From the NCBI GenBank assembly GCA_030390025.1, contig CM059433.1, positions 6,636,001-6,700,000 of the forward strand: DNA of 64,000 nt, in the 5' to 3' direction. The notes beneath the pieces are model-generated. The model worked only from the letters and a program-made list of their open reading frames with translations, had not been told where the DNA came from and ran no database searches. Position numbers and translations under genes: made by a program. Shown here piece after piece: positions 23,457 through 36,844 of this stretch (within the stretch, counting starts at the first letter, position 1; each line of letters begins with the position of its first letter). The stretch is from Squalus acanthias (lineage: Eukaryota).

Positions 23457-23799
23457 AATATATTTAAATACCAATTGTGCTCAATGTTGAGATAAAATAC
23501 AAAAATGTTTTAGCAGCACAGCAAATTAAAAAACAAATATAAAAAGCAAATCGTCAACTTTTAAGCTGCTTTTGGTTTAGCTTTCAGCAATCATCTTGAG
23601 CTGGTATTCACAAATGACCCAGACAATGTACAGGAAATGGAAGTTTCCTGTATGGGGAAAGAGCAGGGGGGAGTGGGACTGATTGGAGAGCTCTTTCAAA
23701 GAGCCGGCACAGGCACGATGGGGCGAATGGCCTCCTTCTGGGCGGTGTGATTCTGAGTTCTAGCACTCCCGAACATGAAATGGGACCCAATTCAACCTA

Positions 23800-26700
23800 A
23801 GACCACGAGCAAGGTTTATAACTTTAAAAGGACTAAATTCAAAGAGAGATGAGGGAAATTTAAAATAATTGGATTGGAGGAGAACGTTTAACTACATTTC
23901 CATAGAAGGCAAAGGAATACCCAAGATCAGCAAGCTCCAACTAAACAAGTATAACCTTAAATTGATTAACAAGCAGGTTAAAAGTGAAATAATGAACAAA
24001 AATTACCTCTAAAAATCTTGCAGCAAGGAGGGGCTCACTGTAAGATCACACGGAAAGAAGTTAAAAGTGTGATCAGAGAGGCCTAGAAAAAAGCATAGCT
24101 GCAGGGGCAAAATTTCTATCAATACCACAACAGCAAGAGAACAGTAAAATGAGCAAATAATCTTGAAACTGGGGATGAGCACAGGATAGTAAATATTCTG
24201 AATGATTCTTTCCTCCAAGTATTTATAAGGGAACATGTAAATATTATGCCCTCCCCCGCACCCTACACCTCCCCCCAAAATCAAATGAGAACCAAGCCAA
24301 AATTCAGGATTTCAATATAAATGAAATGGAAGCATTAGACAAGCTGTTAGGGTTTAAAACAAGTAAATCCTCAGGGATAGATGGTATTTATCCCAATATT
24401 CAGCGAGACTGGTGAAGAGCTTTGCAAGGCACTGACAGCAATTGTGAGGGAGTCAAGGGGTATTAGAGAGAGGTACCAGCAGATTGAAGACTAATGTAGT
24501 GCCAATATTCAAAAAGGATAACAAAGCAGACACAGGCAACTGCAGACCCAATAGTCTTACTTCAATTCCATGTTAAATAATGGAACTGATCAGGAGTAAA
24601 CTTGAGAATTATCTGTAAAACAACCATCTAGTTAACAGCAAGCAATACAGACTGTAGGCAGTAAAAGGTCCTGCCTGACCAACCTCTGCTTTCTTTGAGG
24701 AAATGATAGTCTAAGTTGACTGTGGTAAATCCTACAATGTTGTGTACTTAGGCTTCCAAAAGGCATTTGATAAAGTTCCACAAGAAAGGTCAGACGTTCT
24801 GACGAAAGGTCAGCGACCTGAAACGTTGACTCTGTTTCTCTCTCCACAGATGATGCCTGACCTGCTGCTGAGTATTTCCAGCATTTTCTGTTTTTATTTC
24901 AGATTTCCAGCATCCACAGTATTTTGCTTTTGCACAGCAGTTCATTTGATCAGTGGACTGAACATCCACCCTTTCATTACTGGCTCACAGTGGCTGCAGT
25001 ATGTACAATCTACAAGATGTACTGCAGGAACTCACCAAGATTACTTGGACAGCACCTCCCTTCCCTGCAACCTCTACCACCAAGAAAAACAAGAGCAGGA
25101 ATGTCAAGGGAACACCATTACTCCAAGTCACATACCATCCTGACTTGGACAATATTACTGTTACTTCACCAACAGTGGGTCAATATCCTGGAATCCCCTA
25201 CCGTCACCATTATGGGAGCACCATCACCACAAGGACTGCAGGGGGGTAGAAATTCATCTTGGGCCGTAATGCAAAATGGGCGGTATTGCATCGGTCACCT
25301 GTTATATGGCCTGATGCACCCCGCCTAATTTTCTGTTCCATTGAAGTCATGATCAAACTATGCAGTGCCCTGATCAGACTGGACCTTGAATACTGTGTCC
25401 AATTCTGGTTGCAAAGAAACAAGGGAGACATTCAGGCAACGTTGCCTCTAAGCTGCACAGTCGCATAACTCTCTGCCAGTCTCACACAGCCCAGGACCAG
25501 CTTTTCCAATGTTAAGTTTTGCACATGCGCGAAACTGTGAATGGGCCGCGTGGCCCCTTAAAAATTAGGGAGAACATTGCAATCATTCAGGTGATGGAGG
25601 CAATGCAGAGAAAAGCCATGAGGCATGTCCTGAGCGTCAGGAATTTTAAGTTATGAGGAAAGACTGAAGAGACTTGGGGGGAGAAATTCGGTATCGCCCC
25701 GTTTGGGGCGCAATTATCGGCTGGGCGCAATGTTTAGTGCCTGGCGCTAATTATCGCCTCCGACTGCAAACTTGGCTTCTATCGCCCCTGGAGGTGATTG
25801 GAGCGCTAAATCAGGCGCTACACACCTCTCTTAAGGCCGAGGAGCAAGTCGCTACCTCAGAGCGCTGGCGCAGCTCATGTGATGTCAGTCAGCAATGGAA
25901 CATAGACACACTGGCGCCGACCAGTTCTTAAAGGGGAGGGTCGATCTTGCTCTCCATCCACACTCTGCTCATTGCAGCCTTGAATCTCAGCCTGGAGAGC
26001 CCTGTACATCAAATCTGCTGGAAAGAATAATGGAGAGGCCCAGGGAAAGAGCTTAGAGTGCAGCCCCCAAAGTCTCTTCTAAATCGATGCAAGGAAGGTC
26101 AAATCAAAATGAACCTGCAAAGTGCTGCTCAGTACCCAAAACTCCTTCACACAGCGTTGAATCTCTCCAGAAGTCTCTCTCTCTCTCTCAGAATGCGTGG
26201 TGCAAAAATATCGCCGACAAAAAAAGTCAGGAAGCGGTCGCCTTTAAATAGCGCTCCCCCAGTCCCTTCCTGACTGCAAAACGTTCCCCTCAACCTGTCG
26301 TTGCTAGCGGCAGGCGGTAAGGCAGGGGGCGCGATTCAATATCCGGTCCGGGGCGTTGCACGCTCGACTGACGTCACGATCTATGGGCGCAGGAGATCGT
26401 GGCGGTAGTGTTTAGCGCCGCTGCAAAATGTCTAGTCAATTTCGCGAGCGGCGCAAACATCGCCGCGCCCGGGCGCTAGTTGCTTTGGGACCCATTAGCG
26501 CCCTCCTAACGGGAGGCGCAAAGCAAACGAATTTTTCCCCCTTGGGCCTTTCATCCTGGAAAGGAGGTGTCTGAGAGTTGATCTTATTGAGGTATGTGGA
26601 TAATAAATGGTATAAAAAAGGTTAATCCTGAATACTATAAATTAAACAGTGGGAGTAGGACAAGGGTACACAGGTTCAAACTAGTAAAACATAACTTTAG

Positions 26701-26890
26701 GGCTAATATCAGGAGGTCTTCTTCACACAGGCTATGATCAATACTTGGAATGGACTTCCAGGTAGTGCAGTGGAGGCAGCCTGGAATCATTTAAGAAACA
26801 ATTAGATGCAGCAATGGATGGATGAGGGGAGTATAGGGTTGTTCTGGGTGGATGTAGTAAGATGGGTCAAATGGCCTTCCTCCTCCATAA
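23800..26890 (+). mobile_element. Old degenerate CR1 LINE fragmented by several insertions
   Basis: YLGFQKAFDKVP (24742), LEYCVQFW (about 25385), YEERLKRLG (about 25650) and the 3' end after 26545. Confidence 0.75.
25677..26541. mobile_element. Harbinger-type MITE family A, copy 3
   Basis: Same TIRs, TSD TTG, splits CR1 RT coding sequence. Confidence 0.9.
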
Positions 26891-27776
26891 GGATCTTGTG
26901 ATCTGAGTCTCACCCTCTGGAAGTCTCTCCCTGAACCTCTTTGCCTTGCTATTTCCCTCCCCACCTCCAAAAGCCATTTCAAAATCTTTTCAACCGTGCT
27001 TTCGGCCACCTACCTTAATTATTCCGCTTCTTACTCCGTGCTTGGTACGTTTTATTAGGATCGCTATACAAACACAGCACGTGTCACTTTACTGCAGAGT
27101 TTATTCAAACTCAGTAGTGTGAATCATATTGGATGCCTGATTGTCAAAAGATTTCATTTTTTCTGGAGCACTGCTGTTATTCCTGTTGTATTTCTGCAGG
27201 GCTAAGGGGCTCTGAAAAATAAAGTTCCAGGTTTCAGAAAAAAAAAACAGCCAGATGTGGGATAGACAATGATGCGAATGATGCAAATCAGTTATTCTGG
27301 AGCAGGAGTGGCAGAGTCAAAATAACAGCAAAGGGTCAGTCTCTCAGAGGTGACACCTCTATCTTATGGAAGAGGTCCTCAAACATGCATAGCTGAAATG
27401 CACAGTTCTAAAGTATGAAATAATATTCAGTGTAACTAGATCATATATTAGGAATGTGTGTTACTATATTTCACTCCATAGTACAGTTTAAATTCCGCAT
27501 ACACTAGATTTTGAGACTAACCATTATGGCACTCCTAAGCTGGGAATGGGAAAAGTTGACTATTGGGGAATATCCTATCTCAGTGTGGACTTCACAATGG
27601 GTCAAAATAAAGGAGTTTAAAACTCAACAATATCTAACTCTCAAGAACGAAATCTACACTAATGAGGGCCCATTTTATGAAGTGCAGCTTGAATTCACAA
27701 CCTTCTAACTTAGAGGCAACTATACTACAAACTGAACTAAACTAAACTGGCACTTAGAAAGAAGATTCACAGTGGC

Positions 27777-28150
27777 ACAAAAAGAAAATACTGCAGATGC
27801 TGGAAATCTGAAATAAAAACAGAAAATGCTGGAGATACTCAGCAGGTCAGGCAGCGTCTGTGAAGAGAGAAACAGAGTCAACGTTTCAGGTCGATGACCT
27901 TTCGTCAGAACTGGAAAAAAGCAGGAAATGGAACAGATTTTTAAGCAAGTGTAGAGGCTGAGAAATAGGGGAGAGGATGATTGAACAAAAGGAAGGTCTG
28001 TGATCGATAGAAGGCAGGAGAGGTTAAGAGACATTAAGAGATATTCAAGGCAAAAGGAGATGGTAATGGGACAGGTTAAGAAACAAAGGATGGCTCTAGA
28101 TGAAGTGTGAATTGCGCTGGCAGAATGAAAGACAGCTGCCATGTGGGAGA
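27777..28150 (-). mobile_element. Penelope 3' pseudo-LTR fragment
   Basis: Reverse complement of 14025-14360. Confidence 0.8.
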
Positions 28151-30877
28151 GAAGAACAGAAGGCACAAACAAAAAGTGTGGATAAAATATATATATATGA
28201 TATAGATTCACAGTGGGACTTGTCTGACTGGTTTGTTTGTTTAACCCTTTGTAAACTAGCTCCAGATTACAGTACTGCATTGTGTTGTTGGTTACAGAGG
28301 AGAAAATAAACCAGCATTCCTACCTGATCAGGCTCAGTTGTGATGCCCTCTGTGGTCAACTAACCCGCTAACACTCGTTGCAAGGCTCAAACATGAATAA
28401 TAGCCACTTCAGTGAGGTACCAAAGGTTTCCTTACGTGGAACCTTATCCACCTAGAACGACAAGGGCAGCAGGTGCACAGGAACATCATCACCTCCAGGT
28501 TCCCCTTCAAGTGGGAGCTTGCAGTGCGCAAATTGGCTGCCGCGTTTCCCACATTACAACAGTGGCTACACTTCAAAAGTACTTTGTTGGCTGTAAAGCA
28601 CTTTGAGACGTCCAGTGGTTGTGAAAGGCGCTATATAAATGCAAGTCTTTCTTTCTTTCACACAGCATCCTGACTTGGACATATATCGACGTTCCATCAT
28701 AGTCGCTGGGTCAAAAATCCTAGAACTCCCTACCTAACAGCACTGTGGGAGTACCTTCATCACACGGACTGCAGCGGTTCAAGAAGGTGGCTCACTTGTG
28801 ATGATGTGCAACAGATGCTGGCCTTGCCAGCGATGCCCATATCCCATGAATGAATTTTTAAAAAGTAAGGAGTCAATGCCTTCTGGATAGAAGAGAAAAT
28901 TGGTTAAAAGAGTGACAGTTTAGGATAATGGCAGGGCTTAGATGGAGCCCTTGATGAAAAATACTTGTTTTTGTGTAACTGGTATCAGGACCTTTGTTAC
29001 ACATAGTGAACATGGTCATCATTTCCTTGGTCTATTCTGGCAGTCTTGGACCATATAATCAGATGTATGTTCCCACTTGGGTACTCAGAAGAATCCCAAC
29101 AACTGTACACCAGGACAACAGAGAGAAATCTCCTGGAGGGATCAAATAAACATAGATACTCACAAATGATTTTACAATTCAGTAGACACAGGGTTGATCA
29201 TTAACATATTTTCCTGGTCATAATTGTAACTACTTGTAGGCCCCATAGTGTGTACTCTGAGATCTTGGATTAATAAACAACCGATACCTATTGTAGTGTG
29301 AATCATAAAATTCAGCCAGAAAATACTGAAAATGCACAGCAGGTGAATCAGTAGCTGAAAGAGAAAGATTAGTTGACGTTTGGAGGGGAAACCCGCCCAC
29401 CAGACTGGGGAGGCTGCAAAATGTGGGGGAGATGCTGAGTTGTCCCTGGAAACAAGTCACAAGGTTGCCTATTAGCCCTCTGCAGAAGGGGGCTGAAAAA
29501 AAATCACAGAAGAGAAAAATGTCTTTGAGGTTCCGAGACCATGACCCAGGCCTGGACCCCCCAAGTGGGTACGACGTGTGCCCCTGCAGTGGTCGGTATG
29601 CCTTCTTTCACTGGACTGCTGGTCCACTATTGTTCCACCAGGCTGGGGATGAGGAAAATCCCAGCCTGTGAGTTCCCCTTCTTTGGCCAAGTTACCTCTG
29701 GAGCAGGTGACCTTGTTTCGAGTACCTCATTGAGACTAGCAGAAAAGGCCTTGATGCAGTCATTCCAGGTTCTGTTCAAAATCAGTTTTGAGTGCCTCTG
29801 TTCATTTAATCCCTCCAGGAGATTTCTCTTTGTAGTCCTGGTGTAAAGTTTAAGCACCCAAGTGGGAACACACATCCAGCACTTCCTCTGCACGCCCATC
29901 AGAATTGCGACGGGAGTTCGCTAGAACAGCTGTAGCTTTTCAGCCACGATGCATTAAAATGGGATGGATGCTAAAGTGGCGGAGTTCCATTCTTTCAAAA
30001 CTGTGACCCATTTTCTGGTATTGGCTGCCTAATTTACGCCACTAAACCAGGCGGCCAGGAGCAGGAATTCCAGCCTGCATCTTTAAGAACCAGCTTAAGA
30101 AATTAAGTTTACATCCAGACCCAAAAGAGGGTTTTATTCATGGTTACAATAAAGTTGCTGGGATGTTGAATGAGCTTCAATCAGGCAGAACAAAAAAACG
30201 TAGAAAGGCCAAAAGGAGAATTTATAGATGGACTAAGAGATGCATAAGCAAAGAGTTTTCAAAAGAAATTTCAATTACTCACTTTTAAAAGAGAAAAATT
30301 TTACTTAACAAAGGGCTTTATTTATTGCAAATGAAGAAAGGCATGCTTGGGGAACTGCACTTTGCAGCCCTCTGGCCTTAATACTCACTTTAACAACTTC
30401 AGGTCTTAACTATAGTTTCCATTTTCTCTCTGCAGGAAGGGCTGGTAATGTGTGATGGGTGTGCCAATATTCCTGGGAATGGGGAGAAAAGAGTGGGTTG
30501 AAGCTTTGGGTGGGGTCCTCCCATCGGAGCACTGTGCTGGCGGAGTGCTCAGCACCTTTGCTGTTAACCTGATTTTTTTCTTCTACCAGGCTCCTGGGTT
30601 GCTGGATCCTGCTCTGCCTTGCCTGTTTTTCCTGGTTCTCTTTCACCTACCTGTCAAACATTCTTTTAGCTATTCATACATTCCCTTGTCTCACACGTCT
30701 TTTCTTTCTTCGATTTCTCTCCTACTGTCTTATGCTTATATCACTTCTGCCATTTAACCATCTCCCATTTTCTACTTAAGCACTTTGCAAGCCATTCTAA
30801 TTATTTTCCTGTAACGTGTGTTTTTCCTCTCCCCTTCCCCTTGTCCTATTCATTTTTAAATGTTGTTCATCTGTAAT

Positions 30878-31642
30878 GGCCCCAAAATTCGGCTGAATAC
30901 GGGAGAGTACGAACTGTGCACTCTCGCGTATTCGGTCCCGAAGTGCCGGTTTCCTGCATGCACTGCACATGCGCGGGAAACCGGCACTTCGGGTATGGCG
31001 AAGGGGGCGGTTCCTAAGTGAACCGCGTGCGCGCTACAGGCTGTGCGCACGCAGCGCACTTAGTTTTTTTTTTCAGGTTTCAACGCGAAGGTAAGTATGG
31101 AAGATTTTACACATGAAGAAAGGAGGCGTAAGACCCCCTTTTAACAAGGTAAGTAGTTAATTAAGTATTATTTTAAAAAATTTTCAACAGGTTTATCTTT
31201 TTTAGAGACTTTAAAGAAAGGTAAGTTTATTTTTATAACTTTTAAAAAGAATTTAAAAAATTTCAAAAATATAAATTTTTGTTTAAAGTGGTTAATTTAT
31301 TTAACTATAGTTATTTTATTAATGTGATGGGTTTTTTTTTAATTTATTTGAGGTTTAGCTGTTCTTTTGGGGGCAATTTGTATTCATAGTTTTGACAGCT
31401 CTCCTGTCAAATCTATGAATGAAAGATGGTGTGCTGCCATTGGCTCTCCATGCCCCACGTGATCCCAGAGGTCGCATCGAACTAACTGCGCCCCTGGGAC
31501 ACGCACACACTGCGCGCCGGCACCAGGGAGAGGCCCAGGAGCTGAAGTTCGTGTGGGCCCGAAACACAACGGCCGGCGCGGAGTGTGATATCGCGGGGGA
31601 TCCTTACCCCCGCGGCAAGACTCCGAGTCAAATTTCCGGGCC
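30878..31642. mobile_element. Harbinger-type MITE family B, copy 1
   Basis: TIR GGCCC(C/G)(A/G)AAATT. Inverted homologue of 52530-53272. TSD AAT/ACT. Confidence 0.8.
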
Positions 31643-31979
31643 ACTATCTCCAAGTCCTGACGAAGAATTCACACACGCGAAACATTAACTTGTTTGTTTT
31701 CTCCACAAATGCTGCTTGACCTCCTGAGCATTTCCAGCATTTTCTCTTTGTTTCAGATTTCTAGCAGCCGCAGTATTTTGCTGTTTGTTCACTGGGATGC
31801 TGGCTGGTACAAGGAAATAGAAATACAAAGAAAGACATGGAAAAAGTGTTTTCCTTAGTACAGAGGAAGTTACCGGGTGATTCGATAGAGCTGTTTAAAA
31901 TTATGAAGGGATGGTACAGTGTCGATAGAAACAGACTGTTTCTGTGATGGAATGAGCTAGAACCAGGGAACATAGATAA

Positions 31980-32395
31980 AGAAAAGAAAGAAAGACTTGC
32001 ATTTATATAGCGCCTTTCACGACCACCGGACATCCCAAAGCGCTTTACAGCCAATGACGTAGTTTTTAAAGTGGAGTCACTGTTGTAATGTAAGAAGCGG
32101 GCAGCCAATTTGCGCACAGCAAGGTCCCACAAACAGCAATGTGATAATGACCAGGTCAACTGTTTTTACTGATGTTGATTGAGGGATAAATATTGGTCCC
32201 AGGACACCGGGGATCTTTTACGTCCACCTGAGAGAGCAGATGGGGCCTCAGTTTAACGTCTCATCCGAAAGACAGCACCTCTGACAGTGCAGCACTCCCT
32301 CAGCACTGCACTGGGAGAGTGTCAGCCTAGCTTTATGTGCTCAAGTCCCTGGAGTGGGACTGTGAACCCACAACCTTCTGACTCAGAGGCGAGAG
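31980..32395 (-). mobile_element. tRNA-derived Deu-type SINE inserted in an old CR1
   Basis: Reverse complement of 51862-52290. Confidence 0.85.
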
Positions 32396-33117
32396 ATACA
32401 TGATTAAATGTAAAAGATTTAGGATAGAGAGCAGCATAAACTATTTTTACACAGAGGATTGTGAGGCTGTGGAATGCACGACCGGAGTTAATGATTGAAG
32501 CAGCGACCGTGTCAAGATTTTAAGAATAGGTTAGAAAGGTGGTTGAAGGAAAGGGTATAAAAGGATATGAGAACAGGGTGGGCATATGGGATTAGGACTA
32601 CTGGTCGTGTGGCGGATAAACACCAACACTGATTGATTGGGCCAAACAGCCTGTTTCCATGTTGTAAATTCTATGTGGCTTCTATCAGTAGTATGAATAT
32701 CTTTGTATATTATTTCAATGTTTAACAAAGTAAATAACCTAACATTGAGGCAATCTTTGAACATTTTAAAACTGGTTCCCTCCACAGAAGTCTTTATAAT
32801 TTAGCATTAGTCCACAAATAATGGGGTTACCATGACCATGGGTCTTGTAATTATTTGTTTAGGGAATGGGATAATTTACCTAATAATCTCTCCAGTCCAC
32901 TAGAAGGTCACATATGGAAGAACAGGTCTTACAGCCCATTAAGCTTGTTCTTTCATTACACTAGTATCATGGATTCTATGAAACATGTTTAATTTTCTGG
33001 AGTAGGGCAATGACCACATATATCAGCTGACCACTGACCATTGTGTATTTCTCAATTTTACATTTTCTGAGTTACTTAACTTCAGTATGTAAAGAAGTCT
33101 GTACCACAATGAGATAT

Positions 33118-34520
33118 GAACATAGAAACAGGAGGAGGCCATTCAGCCCCTCGAGCCTGGGATCATGGCTGATCTGCGACCTAACTCCATATACCCGCCT
33201 TTATAGCTTATATCCCTTAGTACCTTTGGTTCACAGAAAGCTATCAATCTCCGATTTAAAATTAACAATTGATCTAGCATCAATTGCCGTTTGCGGAAGA
33301 GAGTTCCAAACTTCTACCACCCTGTGTGTGTAGAAGAGTTTCCTAATTCCACTCCTGAAAGGTCTGGCTCTAATTTTTAGACTATGCCCCCTAGTCATAG
33401 AATCCCCAACCAGTGGAAATAGTTTCTCTCTCTCTACTCTATCTGTTCCCCTTAATATCCTGAAAACTTCGATCAGATCACCCCTTAACTTTCTAAATTC
33501 CAGGGAATACAACCCTAATTTGTGTAATCTCTCCTCATAATTTAACCCTTGAAGTCCGAGTATCATTCTGGTAAACCTACACTGCACTCTCTCCAAGGCC
33601 AATATATCCTTCCTACGGTGTGGTGCCCAGAACTGCTCACAGTGCTCCAGGTGTGGTCTAACCAGGGTTTTGTACAGCTGCAGCATAACTTCTACCCCCT
33701 TGTATTCTAGTCCTCTAGATATAAAGGCCAGCATTCCATTAGCCTTTTTGATTATTTTCTGTACCTGTTCATGACATTTTGATGATCGATGTACCTGGAC
33801 CCCCAAGTCTCTTTGGACATCCACTGTTTTTAGCCTTTCACCATTTAGAAAGTCCCCTGTTCTATCCTTTTTAGGTCCAAACTGAATGACCTCACATTTA
33901 CCTACATTGAAATCCATTTGCCACAATTTTGCCCATTCACTTAATCTGTCGATATCCCTTTGTAATTTTATGCTTTCATCTACACTGCCTACAATGCCGC
34001 CTATCTTTGTGTCATCAGCAAATTTGGATAGATTACTTTCTATGCCATCATCTAAGTTGTTAATAAATATTGTGAATAGTTGAGGCCCCAACACAGATCC
34101 CTGCGGGACACTACTAGTCACATCCTGCCAATTTGAGTACCTACTCATTATCCCTACTGCCTGTCTCCTGCCGCTCAGCCAATTTCCTAACCAGGTCAAT
34201 AATTTGCCCTCAATTCCGTGGGCTTCTACCTTAGTTAACAGTTTCATATGTGGGACTTTATCAAATGCCTTCTGGAAGTCCATATAAATAACATCCATAG
34301 ACATTCCCCTGTCCACTACTTTAGTCACCTCTTCAAAAAAATTCAATCAGGTTTGTCAGGCATGACCTACCTTTCACAAATCCATGCTGGCTCTCTCTGA
34401 TCAACTGAAAATTTTCGAGGTATTCAGTCACCCTATCCTTAATTAAGGACACCAGCAATTTCCCCACAACAGATGTTAGGCGAACTGGTCTATAATTCCC
34501 TGGTTTCCCTCTCTCGCCAT
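33118..34520 (-). mobile_element. CR1 LINE, 5'-truncated, with 371-aa RT ORF (33231..34346)
   Basis: [40 protein letters not shown]. Confidence 0.95.
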
Positions 34521-35203
34521 TTTTAAATAGCGGAGTGACATGTGCAATTTTCCAATCTAACGGAACGGTTCCTGAATCAAGATGCATGCCATTTGTAAAA
34601 TACCATAACCCACCCTTGCTGTATCTTTTGTTAGCTGCCAGCAGTTCATTGGAAAAATTTAACAGGGGAGAGAACTTCACAGCAGGGTTCTCCTGATCTC
34701 ACGCTGAACCTTCAGCAGAACCCCTCAGTCAATCTCTCCTGCCTTCCAGCCTGTCACAGACCTTCCCTTTGTTCTTTCCTCCCCTCCTCCCTGCCCCTGC
34801 TTAAAAATCTCTCCTCTCTAACCTTTTCCAGTTCTGATGAAGGGTCCTCGACCCGAAACGTTGACTCTGTTTCTCTCTCCTCGATGCTGCCTGACCTGCT
34901 GAGTGTTTCCAGCATTTTCTGTTGCTCCCTCAGTATTGTTATTATTTTGTGTGGCTGATGTAGATGTAGATCAACAACTATAATTTTGCATTTAGGTGGT
35001 TAAGGCAGATAATTGCGTCTGGAGCAATGCTCCCTGTGAGCTGCGCTTTGTTCTGCGCAGCCTGTTTCTTTTAACGGGTGTTCGCTTTAAATTTCTGTGC
35101 ATGTGCGGTATTTACAATCTAAAAGCTGGTGAGCGGCCTGCGCGGGACCATTTAGATTACTGTGCAGCTGCGCACGTGCACCTTAGCGGGAACATTAGCC
35201 AGG

Positions 35204-36010
35204 AGTAGCGGAGTGTAGCGTTGGGCCTGTGATGCCTCCTTCGTACTTGTGAATCAGGCATTGAGTCGTTACATGTTCTACGGTCGGTTCTGGGCTGACC
35301 ACAGCCGCACACTGGATAGTTTTTAATTTTCCATTTGTGCGTCAAGCATTTGCCACGGTTTGTGCAGATGCGGTTCAGGGTCGCCTATAAGCTTCGCGGA
35401 AGATCGAAGCTAAGGAGCGTCTGCGTCGGGTCTTTCACAAGGTGTTTGTTTGTGACTTCTTGTGAACTTCATTCAGCTTTCCAAGAATCATCAGGGTTGA
35501 AGTCGCATCGTCGAAGTTTAAGTACGTGGGTCCAGAAGGGCTGGCGCGACTTCAGGCGGTGGTGAGGGACGTTGTTGAGATCCTGGTGGATGGGGAGATG
35601 TTCGTTTTCCACAATTCGCTGGACTTCCCAGAGGGTTGTGGCGTTACGGCGACTGGACGGGGGAGCGATGTGCGACAGCACGGGCAGCCAGGGTGTTGGA
35701 GTTGACTTGAGGGTTCCAGTGATGCACCATATTGCAGTGTTCAGTTGGACATCAACAAGTCGAGTGTGGCTACTTCTGGTCCACAGTACTCGGCTACAGA
35801 GTACACAAGGGCCATCGCTGATGTCCGTAGCACTGATGCTGATGCCCCCCAGCTTCTGCTTGCCAGTTTCTGGACCAGGTTGGCCCTTGTCTTTGCCTTG
35901 GCGGCTACCTTCTTCAGGTGGTGGTGGAAGGTTAGTGTGTGGTCCAGCGTCCCCCCGAGATAGGTCGGAGTGGGGTCATGTCGCACAGTGTTGCCACAGA
36001 AGGTCACTCA
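35204..36010 (-). mobile_element. Degenerate LINE 3' fragment (RTEX/I-group-like)
   Basis: PTYLG.TLD.TLTF..HL, SWGASASVLRTSAMALVYSVAEYC and a C-terminal CGCG zinc motif. Confidence 0.75.
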
Positions 36011-36844
36011 TAAGAACATAAGAAATAGGAGCAGGAGTGGGCCATTCGGCCCTTCGAGCCTGCTCCGCCATTCAATAAGATCATGGCTGATCTTCGACCT
36101 CAACTCCACTTTCCTGCACTATCCCCATATCAATCAATACAACTTGTCTTTTGTGTAAATGAGACAAAATAATAAAATGCCATACTTCTCCACGTCAGTG
36201 GGTGGTCTTACTTGACATAAATAGTGTAACGCCGAATTAACCTCCTGCATTCTCCTTCTGAGACTGGCTGAAGCTTGCACTCATACAGCTTTCTGTTTGC
36301 CGACTTGTCTGACTGCTTGTCCCTCTGTTCACAGCCAGTAAGGAAGGCCTGCCAGACAGATCACCCTTGCTGACCACCCAGGACCAGATAAGGAAGCGAC
36401 ATCAGAGCTTAATTCACTAGTATTTTAACCATCTCGGTATAATCTCAGTACCTTTTCTTAAAACTTCTGTGAATGCACTTTGCTTTAAAAAATCACAACA
36501 CTTAAAAGTAACTTATTTTTCCAAATCCTTCCTGTGGAAAAATTGTCCAAAAAAAAGTCCCAAAACGTGCCAAACCCATTGTAAGAAACACCGTACCACC
36601 CATTTCACGATGTAATGTTTTAAATAAATTCTACTGGGGCTCCGCCCTTCCTGTGAGCAGATGTAGTGAGAATACCAGTGATCTGCACGAGTGCATGCTC
36701 TTCACATACAGACAGAAGCTAAAGGATAACCAGTGCACACTACCCTCAATAATCCAAGGACCTTATTTCCCCAGGGTTTTTGCAGCGCATGTCAATTTAG
36801 GAACGTGCAGTTTGTACGATTATGATGCTCTTTCCCCTGGGCTC

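Noticed and set aside
25437..25579. Small CAATGTTC-type TIR element (similar one near 35025-35197)
   Set aside because: TIRs are degenerate and the 8-bp duplication CATTCAGG is offset by 4 nt, too weak to call.
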